Assembly (NCBI GenBank): GCA_044224315.1
Contig: JBGAKR010000001.1
Coordinates: 592,329-656,328 of the forward strand
Direction of reading: 5' to 3'
Origin: Bacteroidia bacterium
GTDB lineage: Bacteria; Bacteroidota; Bacteroidia; NS11-12g; UBA955
DNA length: 64,000 nucleotides
This document shows, in pieces, positions 18,430-28,934 of the stretch. The notes beneath the pieces were generated by a model. It was not told the origin of the DNA. It did no database searches and was given only the letters and a program-made list of their open reading frames with translations. The position numbers and the translations under genes were made by a program. The first letter of the stretch is position 1, and every line of letters begins with the position of its first letter.

Positions 18430-21081
18430 TTATTCCCCTGCTTTGGGTTTCTTAGCCACTTTTTTGGGAATCAATACTACATCCGAAGCATCCAGGTATG
18501 ACTCTGGTTTAAAGCTGCGGAAGAAGGTTTTACCCAAGGTAGCTTTTTCTACCTGATCGCTGATTACGAAGGTTACATTGGTAAGCTCGTATCCGCCTAT
18601 GGTAATTTTAGCTACAGTAAATTTATTGCTAGGCAATTTCACATCGCCCACTTTTACTTTTTCACCTTCCAGGAAGCTGCCTTTGTTAATGATTTTGTTT
18701 TTAAACCATTCAGCTGCTACCTCGGCAGGTACTGCAGTGTATTTGCCTTGCAGGTCGAAGGCAAATTCGTATGCATCGCCATCATTGAGGGTAGCAGAAA
18801 GCAGGTTGGTAGTACCATCTTTGTGGAAAGGTACACGAATGGCATTGGGGTCGGCTGGTTTGGCAGCAGGGGTAGCACCCGGATTTTTGGGATCTGATTT
18901 GCCTACATCATTGCCTTTGCCATTCGAGTTATTTTTATCTTTATCCTGATCCACTTTTACGCGGCTGGATAAACCATCGCGGCTGAAACGCACAGTGGTA
19001 CGGCGGTTTTGCTGATGCTGATACTCATCGCAGGGCACATAGTATTTACCAGACACTACCTTAATTTCGGCCGGTTTGTATGGTTCGTAGTAGCTTTGGA
19101 TTACGTTTCCGCGGTCATCTTTTACTACAATCATTTTGCGGGTAACACCATCAACATATGGGGTTAATCCGGTAACCTCCTGCCCTTCGCACTTACAATC
19201 GTTAATCAATTGGGTTTCACCATACCCTTTTGCGGTAATACGCTTGGGATCGATTTTCCAGGTGCGCACCAGGTAAGCTACAGCACTGTCGGCACGGCGC
19301 TGCGCCAGTTTTTCGTTATACTCTACAGATGCACGACAGTCGGTATGTGAACCCAACTCAGCACTGAGGCGGGGGTAACGAATCAATACATCTTTGGCAA
19401 ACTGATCCAGGATTTTGGCAGCATCCGGACGAATGCGGGCGCTATCCAAATCGTAGAATATAGGCAGGGTAAGCAGTTGGTCGAGTGGGTTTACCAGGCA
19501 GAAATCCTGAACCAGTTCAGTACTGAATTTAATGCCCTTGGTGGTGCGGTTTACGGGTTGGCCGCGGAAATAGTATTCCTCTTCAAAAGAAGCAGAAAGC
19601 TCGTAGTTAGCCTCTTCCATCAGGGTAGCACGGTAGCGGCCCATGGCATCGGTTTTCAAACGCATTTTGGATGTATCCTTATTATTAGAGATCACAACCA
19701 ATGCACCTTGCAGAGGCTTTTTGCTATTACAATCGGTAATTACGCCAGTGATGGTAATTATCAGTGGTTTAATATCAAAGCTGTAGATATCATCGTTATT
19801 GCGTTTATCGCCGCGGTTAGAGGTGAAGAAACCTTTGTTTTTGTCATTGGTCAGGAAAGTAATACCAAAATCATCTCCACCTGAGTTAATGGGTTCGCGC
19901 AGGTTTTCCAATTCAGTCCAAACCTCTACATCTTCGGTAGGTTTCGCTTTAAAAATATCCAAACCACCAATACCAGGCCATCCGTCGGATGCAAAGTACA
20001 GGTTGTTATCGTGATCGCTGATATAGGGGAAGTATTCGTCGTTTTCGGTATTGATGGTTGGGCCCAGGTTTACAGGATCGCCCCATGATTTGCTGCGTTT
20101 GCTGTAGGTAACTACCCAGATGTCGAATCCACCGTAACCATCGGCGCGGTCGCTGGAGAAATACAGCTTGGTTCCATCGGGGCTAAGTGCAGGGTGGCCA
20201 TAGCTATGTCCGGTATCGGCTTTGCAAAAATCCAGTGGTTCGCCCAATTCCCAGTCCGTACCTACTTTTTTCATATCGTAGATGAGGCATTTTTCGGTTT
20301 TACCGTTAAAGCCCCCGCACTGGGTCATATACATGGTGGTAAAACGATTGTCGTAGGTAATAGGACCATCGTTCCATTTGGTGCTGGTTTTTTTCATGAA
20401 CACCGGTTTGCCCCATTTCTCTTTGCCTTTGCGGCCGGTTTTTTCAAGGTACCAAACATCGCTCCAGTAGTTCATGGTACCGGCATAAATTCTTTTGGTA
20501 GCACCCTCTTCACGGTCGGAAATGAACATCAGAAGGTTGTCTTTTTTGGCCCCGATCATAGGAGCCCAGTCGTTCTGTTTGGTATTGGCAGGTTTAAAGT
20601 TTTCTACCACAAAGCGAGAGCTGTCCGGAGTCCAACGCAATGCCAGTTCGCAACCGATTTTTTTATTGATGGCCATCGAATCGCCGGGCACTTCTTCCAG
20701 GTACTTGTTATACGCATCAATGGCTTCGCGGTATTTCTCCAGTTTTTTAAGCATATGGGCATGCATCAGCAAAGCCCTGCTGTTTTTAGGGTCTTTTACC
20801 AAAACCTTCTCGTACAATTTTTTTGCTTTCTCGTAATCGTTGTTGAGGCGATAACTTTCGGCAGCGTAGAAAATAGCCTCCTGCTTTTGCTGCTTATCTT
20901 TAGACTTTTTGGATACCTGCTCAAACATATTTGCAGCTTCTCCGTAATACCCCCAGTTGTACAATTCCATTGCGCGTTTGAATGAGCCCTTTGCGCAGGA
21001 GAGAGCAACAATGGAGATGAGTAATAAGCCTAAAAGCTGTTGTGTTTTCTTCAGTATAATACCTGATTTTCTCGTCTTCAT
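18430..21081 (-). CDS. OmpA-family outer-membrane/peptidoglycan-associated protein (TPR repeats + TolB-like beta-propeller + OmpA_C domain) with an extra ~230-aa C-terminal domain
   Basis: N-terminal TPR (YGEAANMFEQV..., YEKAKKLYEKVL). WD40-like repeats (DGTKLYFSSDR, NNLYFASDGW). OmpA_C (FYDLDSARIRPDAAKILDQFAKDV...LGSHTDCRASVEYNEKLAQRRADSAVAYL). Then a K/D/N-rich linker and a further C-terminal domain. Confidence 0.8.
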   Translation of the reverse strand: MKTRKSGIILKKTQQLLGLLLISIVALSCAKGSFKRAMELYNWGYYGEAANMFEQVSKKSKDKQQKQEAIFYAAESYRLNNDYEKAKKLYEKVLVKDPKNSRALLMHAHMLKKLEKYREAIDAYNKYLEEVPGDSMAINKKIGCELALRWTPDSSRFVVENFKPANTKQNDWAPMIGAKKDNLLMFISDREEGATKRIYAGTMNYWSDVWYLEKTGRKGKEKWGKPVFMKKTSTKWNDGPITYDNRFTTMYMTQCGGFNGKTEKCLIYDMKKVGTDWELGEPLDFCKADTGHSYGHPALSPDGTKLYFSSDRADGYGGFDIWVVTYSKRSKSWGDPVNLGPTINTENDEYFPYISDHDNNLYFASDGWPGIGGLDIFKAKPTEDVEVWTELENLREPINSGGDDFGITFLTNDKNKGFFTSNRGDKRNNDDIYSFDIKPLIITITGVITDCNSKKPLQGALVVISNNKDTSKMRLKTDAMGRYRATLMEEANYELSASFEEEYYFRGQPVNRTTKGIKFSTELVQDFCLVNPLDQLLTLPIFYDLDSARIRPDAAKILDQFAKDVLIRYPRLSAELGSHTDCRASVEYNEKLAQRRADSAVAYLVRTWKIDPKRITAKGYGETQLINDCKCEGQEVTGLTPYVDGVTRKMIVVKDDRGNVIQSYYEPYKPAEIKVVSGKYYVPCDEYQHQQNRRTTVRFSRDGLSSRVKVDQDKDKNNSNGKGNDVGKSDPKNPGATPAAKPADPNAIRVPFHKDGTTNLLSATLNDGDAYEFAFDLQGKYTAVPAEVAAEWFKNKIINKGSFLEGEKVKVGDVKLPSNKFTVAKITIGGYELTNVTFVISDQVEKATLGKTFFRSFKPESYLDASDVVLIPKKVAKKPKAGE

Positions 21082-21282
21082 CCTATTCGTTCGTGTTATC
21101 TGCCAAATAAAACGCTAAATAAAGGATTCCGTTTCAAAGAAAAAAAAGTTATGCTAAAAAAAACCGTAAACCTGTAGTTGGGATTGCCGTTTTGGAGAAA
21201 TAAACTCCGCATGCTGAACATTAAAAATCACAGGATTACAAGGGCATGCTGCATGCCCCAAATGGAATGATTGCGCTAAAGT

Positions 21283-21603
21283 TTAGTTATGCTGCACCTT
21301 CAGGCGCTTCACAGAAATATTGTCGTTCTGAGATACACGCACCAGATACATGCCATCGGGCAGGTTGGCCACACTCAGATTGAGTGATGCGGCACCTTCA
21401 CTTACCTGGTACATGGTACTTTGAATTTGGGTACCCAAAATGGTATAGATTTCTACTTTTACCATACCCTTTTCTACGGCAGGCAAGGTAAGCTCCACAT
21501 TGGAAGAAGCAGGATTAGGCGCAATCCTGAGGTGAATGTCTTCCGCGTGTGCACTGCGGAACCATCCCAGGATAATGATGAATGCTATGGCAATGGTTCT
21601 CAT
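21283..21603 (-). CDS. mini-ORF consisting only of a signal peptide plus a type-A T9SS C-terminal sorting domain
   Basis: MRTIAIAFIIILGWFRSAHA, then IAPNPASSNVELTL...DGMYLVRVSQNDNISVKRLKV (TIGR04183-like CTD). A terminator hairpin GGGCATGC-T-GCATGCCC lies downstream. Confidence 0.5.
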   Translation of the reverse strand: MRTIAIAFIIILGWFRSAHAEDIHLRIAPNPASSNVELTLPAVEKGMVKVEIYTILGTQIQSTMYQVSEGAASLNLSVANLPDGMYLVRVSQNDNISVKRLKVQHN

Positions 21604-21639
21604 ACCCTATTAAAGGCAAAGGGCATGCCAGAGTTTTTC

Positions 21640-24072
21640 TCAGATGTCTAAGCTTTGTTTTATTTTCAGCTTTTCTTTCTCAGTAAACTTGCCGCTGTTG
21701 AGCACCGCACGCATGATTCGCAAATAATTGGTTTGCGATTTGAAATAATTCAGAACATCGCGACTTGGGCCAGATAAACGTCCGTTGAAACTCAAAATTC
21801 CGTTAAACAGATTCTGCACCAATTGCTCGTTGCAAACATTTAATCTCTGTAAAGCATTCATCGCATTTGTTCTGATTCTGAACTCGTATTTCTCGCTGCA
21901 CAAATCAATCAATTGGGCGGTGAAAATACCTGCCTGCTCGGGGTATATATCGGTTGAATACTCCAAATAGCGCACTTTTAGCCCCAGGGTAAAACCATCT
22001 ACATTTTTTATTTTCTCCAGCATTTCCATGCGGCGGGGAATAAATAAGGGGTGATCCCAAATTTTGGTCAGTGCCATCTCTATCAATGCGTAGCTACTGT
22101 CAGTAAGGGCTTTTTCAAATATGCCCTGGGTTTGCTCATTTACAGCGGTATTAGCCACCACCGCTTTGCGCACTTCTACGGTGCCGGTGTTATAAGCTTC
22201 AATCAAAAACTCGGCATTGGCAACAGGGTCACCGGCCAAAATGCGGGCAATTTCGGCTTTCAGGTTTTTGTAGGTTTCATCCAGGTAAGCGTATTTCAAC
22301 AAATCGTAGCGCGCACTGTTCATGGGTTTTTTGGCAAGGGCCAAAATTGCGTCATAGCGATCCAGCATAAACTGGGCTTTCTTCATCTGCTGCTTTAACT
22401 CATCTTCGCTTTTTTCAAACTCTACTTTCTTTAAAACAAAGCCTCCTTCATCAAACAAGGTAAAAGCCAGTTCCTTGCCAGCGGCATTGGGAATTATTAC
22501 TTTCTGAAACTGCTTATCCACCATCACCGTTTTGCGGTCTACAGTACCATCGGTATAGTACACCGCAAAATCTATGGGCATTTTAAATATGCCCACGGTG
22601 GGGTCTAATTGTTTTACCTGTTCTACGGTGAACTCGGTTCCGGCAGCCGTTTTTTGGCTTGCCACTTTATATTGGGGCTCACCCCCGCGGTAAATCCATT
22701 GGTCGAAAAACCAATCCAGGTTCATACCGCAGGCATCGGTCATGGCAGTTTCAAAATCGTGGGTGGTAACGCCCGAAAAATTATGCCGGTTGAGGTAAAG
22801 TTGAACACCGCGCCTAAAATTCTCGCGCCCCATTACATGTTGCAACATATAAAGCACCGAGGCCCCTTTAGGGTAATGGCGCGAACTGCCCGACTCACTA
22901 TTGCGCACGGGCAAACTGTTTTTTTCACCAGCTGCAATGGCTCCGTTCATACTGCCGCGGAACGACCAAAAGGTTTCGTCTGGCCCATAAATAGTGCCTA
23001 CAAACAAACCCGGGTAAAAAGTAGCAAAGCTTTCCTGCAGCCAGTGGTCGGCATCATTGCGGGCGGTAATCAGGTCGCCAAACCATTGGTGGGTAGCTTC
23101 ATGTGCATTTACCCCTATGTAATTGCGATCTAAAAAGGCCCGGCTATCTACCCAAAAGAAATCGCCAAACACCGTTGCACTTGTATTTTCCATGGCACCG
23201 TACATAAAATCCTGCACCATTACCTGCGAATAAGCGCCCCAGGGATAGGCATAGCCTATTTCATCTTCCAGAAATTCAATAATTTTTTCGCTATACATGC
23301 TGCTGGGCTCCAGTCTTTCAGGGTGCTCGGGGTAATACCAGAAATTAATGGGTGTTCCACGGCTGGTTTTGGTGCTTTTAACCGCATATTTATCAATGGC
23401 CAGCATCAGCAAGTAACCCGCATGCTGGTGGTTTATTTTATAATGCCAGGTTTTGGTGCCATCCTTATTTTCCTTGTTCTCCAGCATATCGCCGTTAGAA
23501 AGCACATTGTAGGCTTTGTCAAAACTCACTACCACTTCGGTAATGAATTTATCACCGCGGTCGTCGATCATCGGAATCCAGTGGCGGTTGTCTATGCCCT
23601 GGCCTTGGGTCCAAATCTGGCGGCGGGTTTGGCGCACCGGGTCGGCGGCAGGTGCCTGTTTCCAGCCTATAAAATAAATGCCCTTCTGAGGCAGGGCGGT
23701 ATAATCAAGCACCAGGCTGTGGTTGCTATTATAGCCATTGGCAATATTGGAATGTATAACTATTCCGGCAGCAATGCTATCGGTTTTAACTGGTTTGCCG
23801 TCGAGGGTGGCAGATTTGATATAAATACCCGGTCCATCCAAAAAAATGGTATCTACCTTATCCTGCAGGCAGCGAAAATTATGCGTTACCTTGCCTATCA
23901 CCTTGCCCAACTCGGGCACAAACGATACCTCCAGCTTCATTTGCTGCACATCTATATTCCGGTTGCGTTCGTGTTTGCCGGGGTCTTCATAGTAGCATTG
24001 GATATCCTGCACCTGTGCCGATGTTCCTAATGTAATCAAAACTAAGGCGAAAAGAAGGAGTTGATTTTTCAT
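21640..24072 (-). CDS. M1-family aminopeptidase N-like zinc metallopeptidase (secreted)
   Basis: GAMEN motif is YGAMENTS, and the zinc site is HEATHQWFGDLIT...E. Signal peptide MKNQLLLFALVLITLGTSAQ, with the start moved to the ATG at 24072. Confidence 0.85.
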   Translation of the reverse strand: MKNQLLLFALVLITLGTSAQVQDIQCYYEDPGKHERNRNIDVQQMKLEVSFVPELGKVIGKVTHNFRCLQDKVDTIFLDGPGIYIKSATLDGKPVKTDSIAAGIVIHSNIANGYNSNHSLVLDYTALPQKGIYFIGWKQAPAADPVRQTRRQIWTQGQGIDNRHWIPMIDDRGDKFITEVVVSFDKAYNVLSNGDMLENKENKDGTKTWHYKINHQHAGYLLMLAIDKYAVKSTKTSRGTPINFWYYPEHPERLEPSSMYSEKIIEFLEDEIGYAYPWGAYSQVMVQDFMYGAMENTSATVFGDFFWVDSRAFLDRNYIGVNAHEATHQWFGDLITARNDADHWLQESFATFYPGLFVGTIYGPDETFWSFRGSMNGAIAAGEKNSLPVRNSESGSSRHYPKGASVLYMLQHVMGRENFRRGVQLYLNRHNFSGVTTHDFETAMTDACGMNLDWFFDQWIYRGGEPQYKVASQKTAAGTEFTVEQVKQLDPTVGIFKMPIDFAVYYTDGTVDRKTVMVDKQFQKVIIPNAAGKELAFTLFDEGGFVLKKVEFEKSEDELKQQMKKAQFMLDRYDAILALAKKPMNSARYDLLKYAYLDETYKNLKAEIARILAGDPVANAEFLIEAYNTGTVEVRKAVVANTAVNEQTQGIFEKALTDSSYALIEMALTKIWDHPLFIPRRMEMLEKIKNVDGFTLGLKVRYLEYSTDIYPEQAGIFTAQLIDLCSEKYEFRIRTNAMNALQRLNVCNEQLVQNLFNGILSFNGRLSGPSRDVLNYFKSQTNYLRIMRAVLNSGKFTEKEKLKIKQSLDI

Positions 24073-24261
24073 ACAATTCCGCGAAAATACAGAAATAAGG
24101 AATTGATTATTCATAAAACTCAACTAAGTGCAGATGTGCATGTACTTCAATAGAATTTTCGCCTTACAAAAAAGCACGGTGACAAATTTGTGACACTCAG
24201 CGAACTTTTTTATTTTATTTTTCGTCTGTTACTTAATCCAATCAAAATTTGTCAATTTTCT

Positions 24262-27200
24262 ATGAAAAAACAATTCGTTATTCTCGTTTTCCTTTTATGG
24301 TTTATTCCATCAATCTTAAGGAGCCAATGTGCTATTTCCTACAACGGAAACTTGTGTGTAAATAATTCAATAGAATTTACTGGCGCTGCGACGGGAACCA
24401 CTCACAATTATGATTTTAATACCGAAGGGAGCTCTAGTGGGCAACGAATTGTAAAATTTGCATTTAAAACCCCGGGGAATAAAACAGTAACCTATATAAC
24501 TACCATAAATGGAAACAAGTGTACAACCACTTTAAATCTGGTAATTAAATCTAGTCCTACAATTCACATTCGAAAACTTACCAAAGATACCCAATGTTTT
24601 GAAAATAATCTTTTTTGCCATTTAGATAGCAGCTATAATGTAAATGGTGCTAAAATCACCCGGATTTCTCACGAACCAAATGATGGACAACTATTTGAAT
24701 TCTACACAGTTAAAATGCCCATTACACCCTGCTTCAGTTATAAAGATCCACGAGGGGGTAAGGTAATAGTTAATTATTCCATAGAAGACGAAAATGGTTG
24801 CATTAGTTATGATACCTTTAAAAATTATGGCTTTGTATATCCCAAAATTGGTGCGCGCATTACCCGAACAACGCCAAAAAATCCTGCCTGCGATTCGGTG
24901 AATGTATTGGTTACAAATTATTCACTGATTAATCCAAACTTCGTTAAAACCTGCAAATTAAACTGGGGCGACGGAAGCAGTTCTACCGGGGTTGGACCAA
25001 CCTTTAAACATACATACCTAAAACAAGGTACTTTTAATGCGAATATAATTATTGCCGCTACATTTGGCTGCAGTGATACCTTTAATTTTAATGCCATTGC
25101 AACGGTAGTAAAAAGCAAGGTGCGCATCATTTCTAACACCGATTCGGTATGCATTTCTAATCCTACTGTATCTTTTTCACTCGATTCTATTCCAAATGCA
25201 GTAACCAATATGGCTTGGAATTTCGGCGACCCCGGAAGTGCAGGAAAAAATGTGGATTCAAAAAATTTTAATACCAGCCATACTTTTAGTAAAATCGGGC
25301 CATTTCAGGTAAGTTTTTCATATACCAATCCTATTTGTTCTGTACCCAAGGTTTATGATACCATTCTGGTTTTTGGCCCTTGGAGCAATATCGAAAAGGT
25401 AAACAACCGAATGGCTGAATTTGAGGTATTTCAATGTACAAAACAATTGCAAGACAGCATACATTTTAAAAATCTCAGCAATTTTTATCACAACGACAAT
25501 TCCCCTGCCAATGATGATAGTACAGTATTGGTTTCAGGAAAATTGCAGCATGTTTTTAACAGTAGCCAGTTATCTATAAATCCAAAAAATTATTCGGAAT
25601 ATAAAAACCGCAGTAGTGCGAATATCCAACGAATATGGGACTTTGGGGATATTTATGCAAGTAAGTGTACCACCCATACCAAAACCAATGCTTTTGTGCG
25701 CAATAATTGCCGGTTTTCGCGCGATTCTCTTCCTGTGCATTATTATACATCCTGGGAAAATATTATGCTCAAATGGTTTAAAAATGTATCCATGGAAGAT
25801 GCCGTTTTTGACGAAAATAAAAGGGTTTGTAAAAAATTATTACTCTATCCATCCGACAGTTTTTATATTATCGCCGACACCTTCATTACCGTTCCCCGAA
25901 GCATTTCAGACAGTGCCCTTGCCAATCAATCGCCCAATGTTAAAACTAAATTCTATTTACAGGAAAAATATTTTTACAATGGAAAAAGGTATATCAGCGA
26001 TTATGTAGATGTAAAAATCAACTCCGGTGCCAGTATCACAGCTATCACACCTGCAGGCTCTGCCCAAAGCTATAATGGCCCGAGTACAATTGCACTCAGC
26101 CCTGGATATACATTAATTTCAAAAGACACTGTGCATTATTTATTTACCAAGAAAATAGTGTACGACACCTTGCCTTTTGATTTTTATAATATACGCAAAA
26201 ATAACGGAGATAAACCAGCCATTATTTCCCGCAAAAAATACACATTTTCAGGCGTAAAAGGGGTTGATTATGTGGTAAATTTTAATCGTTACAGAGCCAT
26301 TTATCTAAGTCGCATTCCATCGGCATACACCGCACGTTTAATTCAAAAAGACCAAGTGAATCCAATGCATTGCGAAAGTGAATCCACAAAACAATTGGTG
26401 CTGATGAATGCCGATGCAGGGGGTGTTGGAAGCGGGTTGCGATATACAGGTCAGCTTTGTTTCGGAGGCAGCGAGGCAGGATACGGTGTAACCTTTTTAC
26501 TGAATGATCTAAAACCGGGTGCCACCTTTAGTGATGTACAAATTAATTTTGATTCGTTTTGCGGTAAAAATAATTTTGTTAAATTAAATGCCCTCGCGCC
26601 CGGTGCATTGCCACCCGGCTTACCTTACCGGGGATATCAACTGGATGGCAATTCGCCCAACCGGTTTTCGTATCAATACCCATTATCGGGAATATGCAAC
26701 AAAACAGGTTGCGCCACCATAGGTATAATTGTAGGCAATGGAGTAAGCAAAAGTGGTAGCAAGCCACTATGCGCCGACACCCAATGGTATGACAGTCTCA
26801 TTTGTATTGACAATCCGGATGCGCATTTTAACATGGTATCCAGGTTATATAAAAAAGATTTTATGAAAGATTTCGGGTATATGAAAATTTGCAAAAATGA
26901 TGGTTTGCGAATGCGTCATCCTGCGAATAATAAAACCAAACCTGAATTACTAAATCAAATCACATATACCATTGAAACTATTAATGCAGGTCCGAATTAT
27001 TCCCTCTACAGCAATCGCTTTGTGCAGGAAGATTATGCATTCAATGTATTTTTAAAAGATTCGGGCCAAGGTAAAATATATGATTATCTGGTGATTTCAA
27101 GGGGCGGACAAGACCCTATTTACGATCCTGCCCAAAATAAATGGGTAGAAGGAAAAACCAAATTATTTAAAAAACCCGATACTATTATCACCGCGATTAT

Positions 27201-28914
27201 TTCTAAGTGGGATACATTGGCCGATGTAAGCGGTGCCTGGGATTTTATTCAACCCCAATTATTGGCCCGTGGTTTTGATCCGTTTTCCCTCGATGCTAAA
27301 ACCCTTGCGCATATGGTGTGGAATGGCAAAGGAACCATTGGCAACCCCGCAACCGGAGCCAAAGGATGTATTGATACAAGTGGGTATGGTAATTTAATTA
27401 AATGGCGTTTAAAACCCGCAAATGGATTTAAAAAAATAGTGCATTACCGCGATACAAGTTTATTGCCCGTAGATCAATTTTACGACAGCAGTAAATTAAA
27501 CCATGAATATATTTTTAAACCCACCTGGAATGGTAAGTACTATGCAAGTCGCGAAATGATTACAAAAAATAATTGCGACGCATACATGCAAATCCCGGTT
27601 ATAGTGGGCTACGGCAGTGTGGTAACTTTTCCAGATTCTGTAGCTTGTAACAAAGCAGGCAATACGCTTGCAATAAAAATCGACCATCGATATTTTCATC
27701 CCGATCCTATTAATTTTGGAACTTGGGATCAAACCGATTACTGGCGAGATAATAACCGAAATTTTGGCCAAAAAAATACCGAACCCCTAACCAAATGGGA
27801 TTGGAATAAAGCGGATGATAATTTAACCAAACCTCAAACCATTTTTGGGGGAGCACCCTATGGAGGAAGCGGCAACGGAACTCCTTGGGTGCAATTGGGC
27901 GGCGGCGGACCCAATGCCCTTTATTATACACAAGACTCTGGCATTTACACTTTCCGCAGTATCAGCGGTGACAGCACCGGCTGCATAGATACCTTTACTG
28001 GCAGGGTGTTTATTAGCAAACTCGAAACGCATTTTAATACGTTTATTAGTACCCCTTCCTGCAATTCTATTGTAGAATTTTATGACAGTACCTTGCTATT
28101 TGATCCGGCAAAACGTGTTCTGAAAAATGCCGATGGAAGCCCTGCCAGTGGTGATTATATTAAATCATGGTATATAGATTGGGGGGATGGCAAAAACAAT
28201 TTATATAGCAGGGCTGCAGAAACCGAACCTGGTTTGCCTCCACGCATAACCCACAAGTACACACACAATGGGTGGTATCAAATCAAGTACGCCGTAAATA
28301 CCAAAAAGGGTTGCACAGATACAGTTGCAAAATGGGTAAAAATACCCGGACCACGTCCTAAATTTAAATTCCAGAAAAACGCAGGATTTGATATTTATAT
28401 TAATCAATTTGATAGCGTGGAATTTGTAAATACCACCGATTCATTTGGTTCCAAAGCTGCTTTTACCTGGTTTTTTGGTGATGGTAGTTTTAAGAAAACA
28501 AACAATTCCATCGTAAAACATGCCTATGCTTTAACCGGCGACTACTATGTTTTTTTACAACAATTTGATTCGCTTAACTATGGAATAATTCATAAATATT
28601 GTGATGCTATTTATCCCGATACATTTTCTATGCAACCTATGATTGTGCATGTTTCCACTACAAATCATAGCATTCAAAATACAAAAGAAAATGGCATAAC
28701 TATATACCCTAATCCCGGTGTAGGAATCTTTCAGTTAAAGGGTTCAGATCTTGAAAAAATTAAAGTATATAGTTTAACAGGTACAGAAATCGGGACCTAT
28801 CAAAAACGCAATAACAGATTTGACCTAAGCCAACTACCTGCTGGAACTTACATCCTAAAAGGTAACGAAACAAATGGGACTAATTGGCAATTGCGAATGG
28901 TATTAATTAAATAA
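24262..28914 (+). CDS. very large secreted protein (~1550 aa) with multiple PKD-like domains and a T9SS C-terminal sorting domain
   Basis: Signal peptide MKKQFVILVFLLWFIPSILRSQ. PKD signatures WNFGDPGS, WDFGDIY, IDWGDGK and WFFGDGS. C-terminal CTD ITIYPNPGVGIFQLKG...GTYILKG. Confidence 0.8.
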   Translation: MKKQFVILVFLLWFIPSILRSQCAISYNGNLCVNNSIEFTGAATGTTHNYDFNTEGSSSGQRIVKFAFKTPGNKTVTYITTINGNKCTTTLNLVIKSSPTIHIRKLTKDTQCFENNLFCHLDSSYNVNGAKITRISHEPNDGQLFEFYTVKMPITPCFSYKDPRGGKVIVNYSIEDENGCISYDTFKNYGFVYPKIGARITRTTPKNPACDSVNVLVTNYSLINPNFVKTCKLNWGDGSSSTGVGPTFKHTYLKQGTFNANIIIAATFGCSDTFNFNAIATVVKSKVRIISNTDSVCISNPTVSFSLDSIPNAVTNMAWNFGDPGSAGKNVDSKNFNTSHTFSKIGPFQVSFSYTNPICSVPKVYDTILVFGPWSNIEKVNNRMAEFEVFQCTKQLQDSIHFKNLSNFYHNDNSPANDDSTVLVSGKLQHVFNSSQLSINPKNYSEYKNRSSANIQRIWDFGDIYASKCTTHTKTNAFVRNNCRFSRDSLPVHYYTSWENIMLKWFKNVSMEDAVFDENKRVCKKLLLYPSDSFYIIADTFITVPRSISDSALANQSPNVKTKFYLQEKYFYNGKRYISDYVDVKINSGASITAITPAGSAQSYNGPSTIALSPGYTLISKDTVHYLFTKKIVYDTLPFDFYNIRKNNGDKPAIISRKKYTFSGVKGVDYVVNFNRYRAIYLSRIPSAYTARLIQKDQVNPMHCESESTKQLVLMNADAGGVGSGLRYTGQLCFGGSEAGYGVTFLLNDLKPGATFSDVQINFDSFCGKNNFVKLNALAPGALPPGLPYRGYQLDGNSPNRFSYQYPLSGICNKTGCATIGIIVGNGVSKSGSKPLCADTQWYDSLICIDNPDAHFNMVSRLYKKDFMKDFGYMKICKNDGLRMRHPANNKTKPELLNQITYTIETINAGPNYSLYSNRFVQEDYAFNVFLKDSGQGKIYDYLVISRGGQDPIYDPAQNKWVEGKTKLFKKPDTIITAIISKWDTLADVSGAWDFIQPQLLARGFDPFSLDAKTLAHMVWNGKGTIGNPATGAKGCIDTSGYGNLIKWRLKPANGFKKIVHYRDTSLLPVDQFYDSSKLNHEYIFKPTWNGKYYASREMITKNNCDAYMQIPVIVGYGSVVTFPDSVACNKAGNTLAIKIDHRYFHPDPINFGTWDQTDYWRDNNRNFGQKNTEPLTKWDWNKADDNLTKPQTIFGGAPYGGSGNGTPWVQLGGGGPNALYYTQDSGIYTFRSISGDSTGCIDTFTGRVFISKLETHFNTFISTPSCNSIVEFYDSTLLFDPAKRVLKNADGSPASGDYIKSWYIDWGDGKNNLYSRAAETEPGLPPRITHKYTHNGWYQIKYAVNTKKGCTDTVAKWVKIPGPRPKFKFQKNAGFDIYINQFDSVEFVNTTDSFGSKAAFTWFFGDGSFKKTNNSIVKHAYALTGDYYVFLQQFDSLNYGIIHKYCDAIYPDTFSMQPMIVHVSTTNHSIQNTKENGITIYPNPGVGIFQLKGSDLEKIKVYSLTGTEIGTYQKRNNRFDLSQLPAGTYILKGNETNGTNWQLRMVLIK

Positions 28915-28934
28915 AATGATTTAAATGGTGCGGA

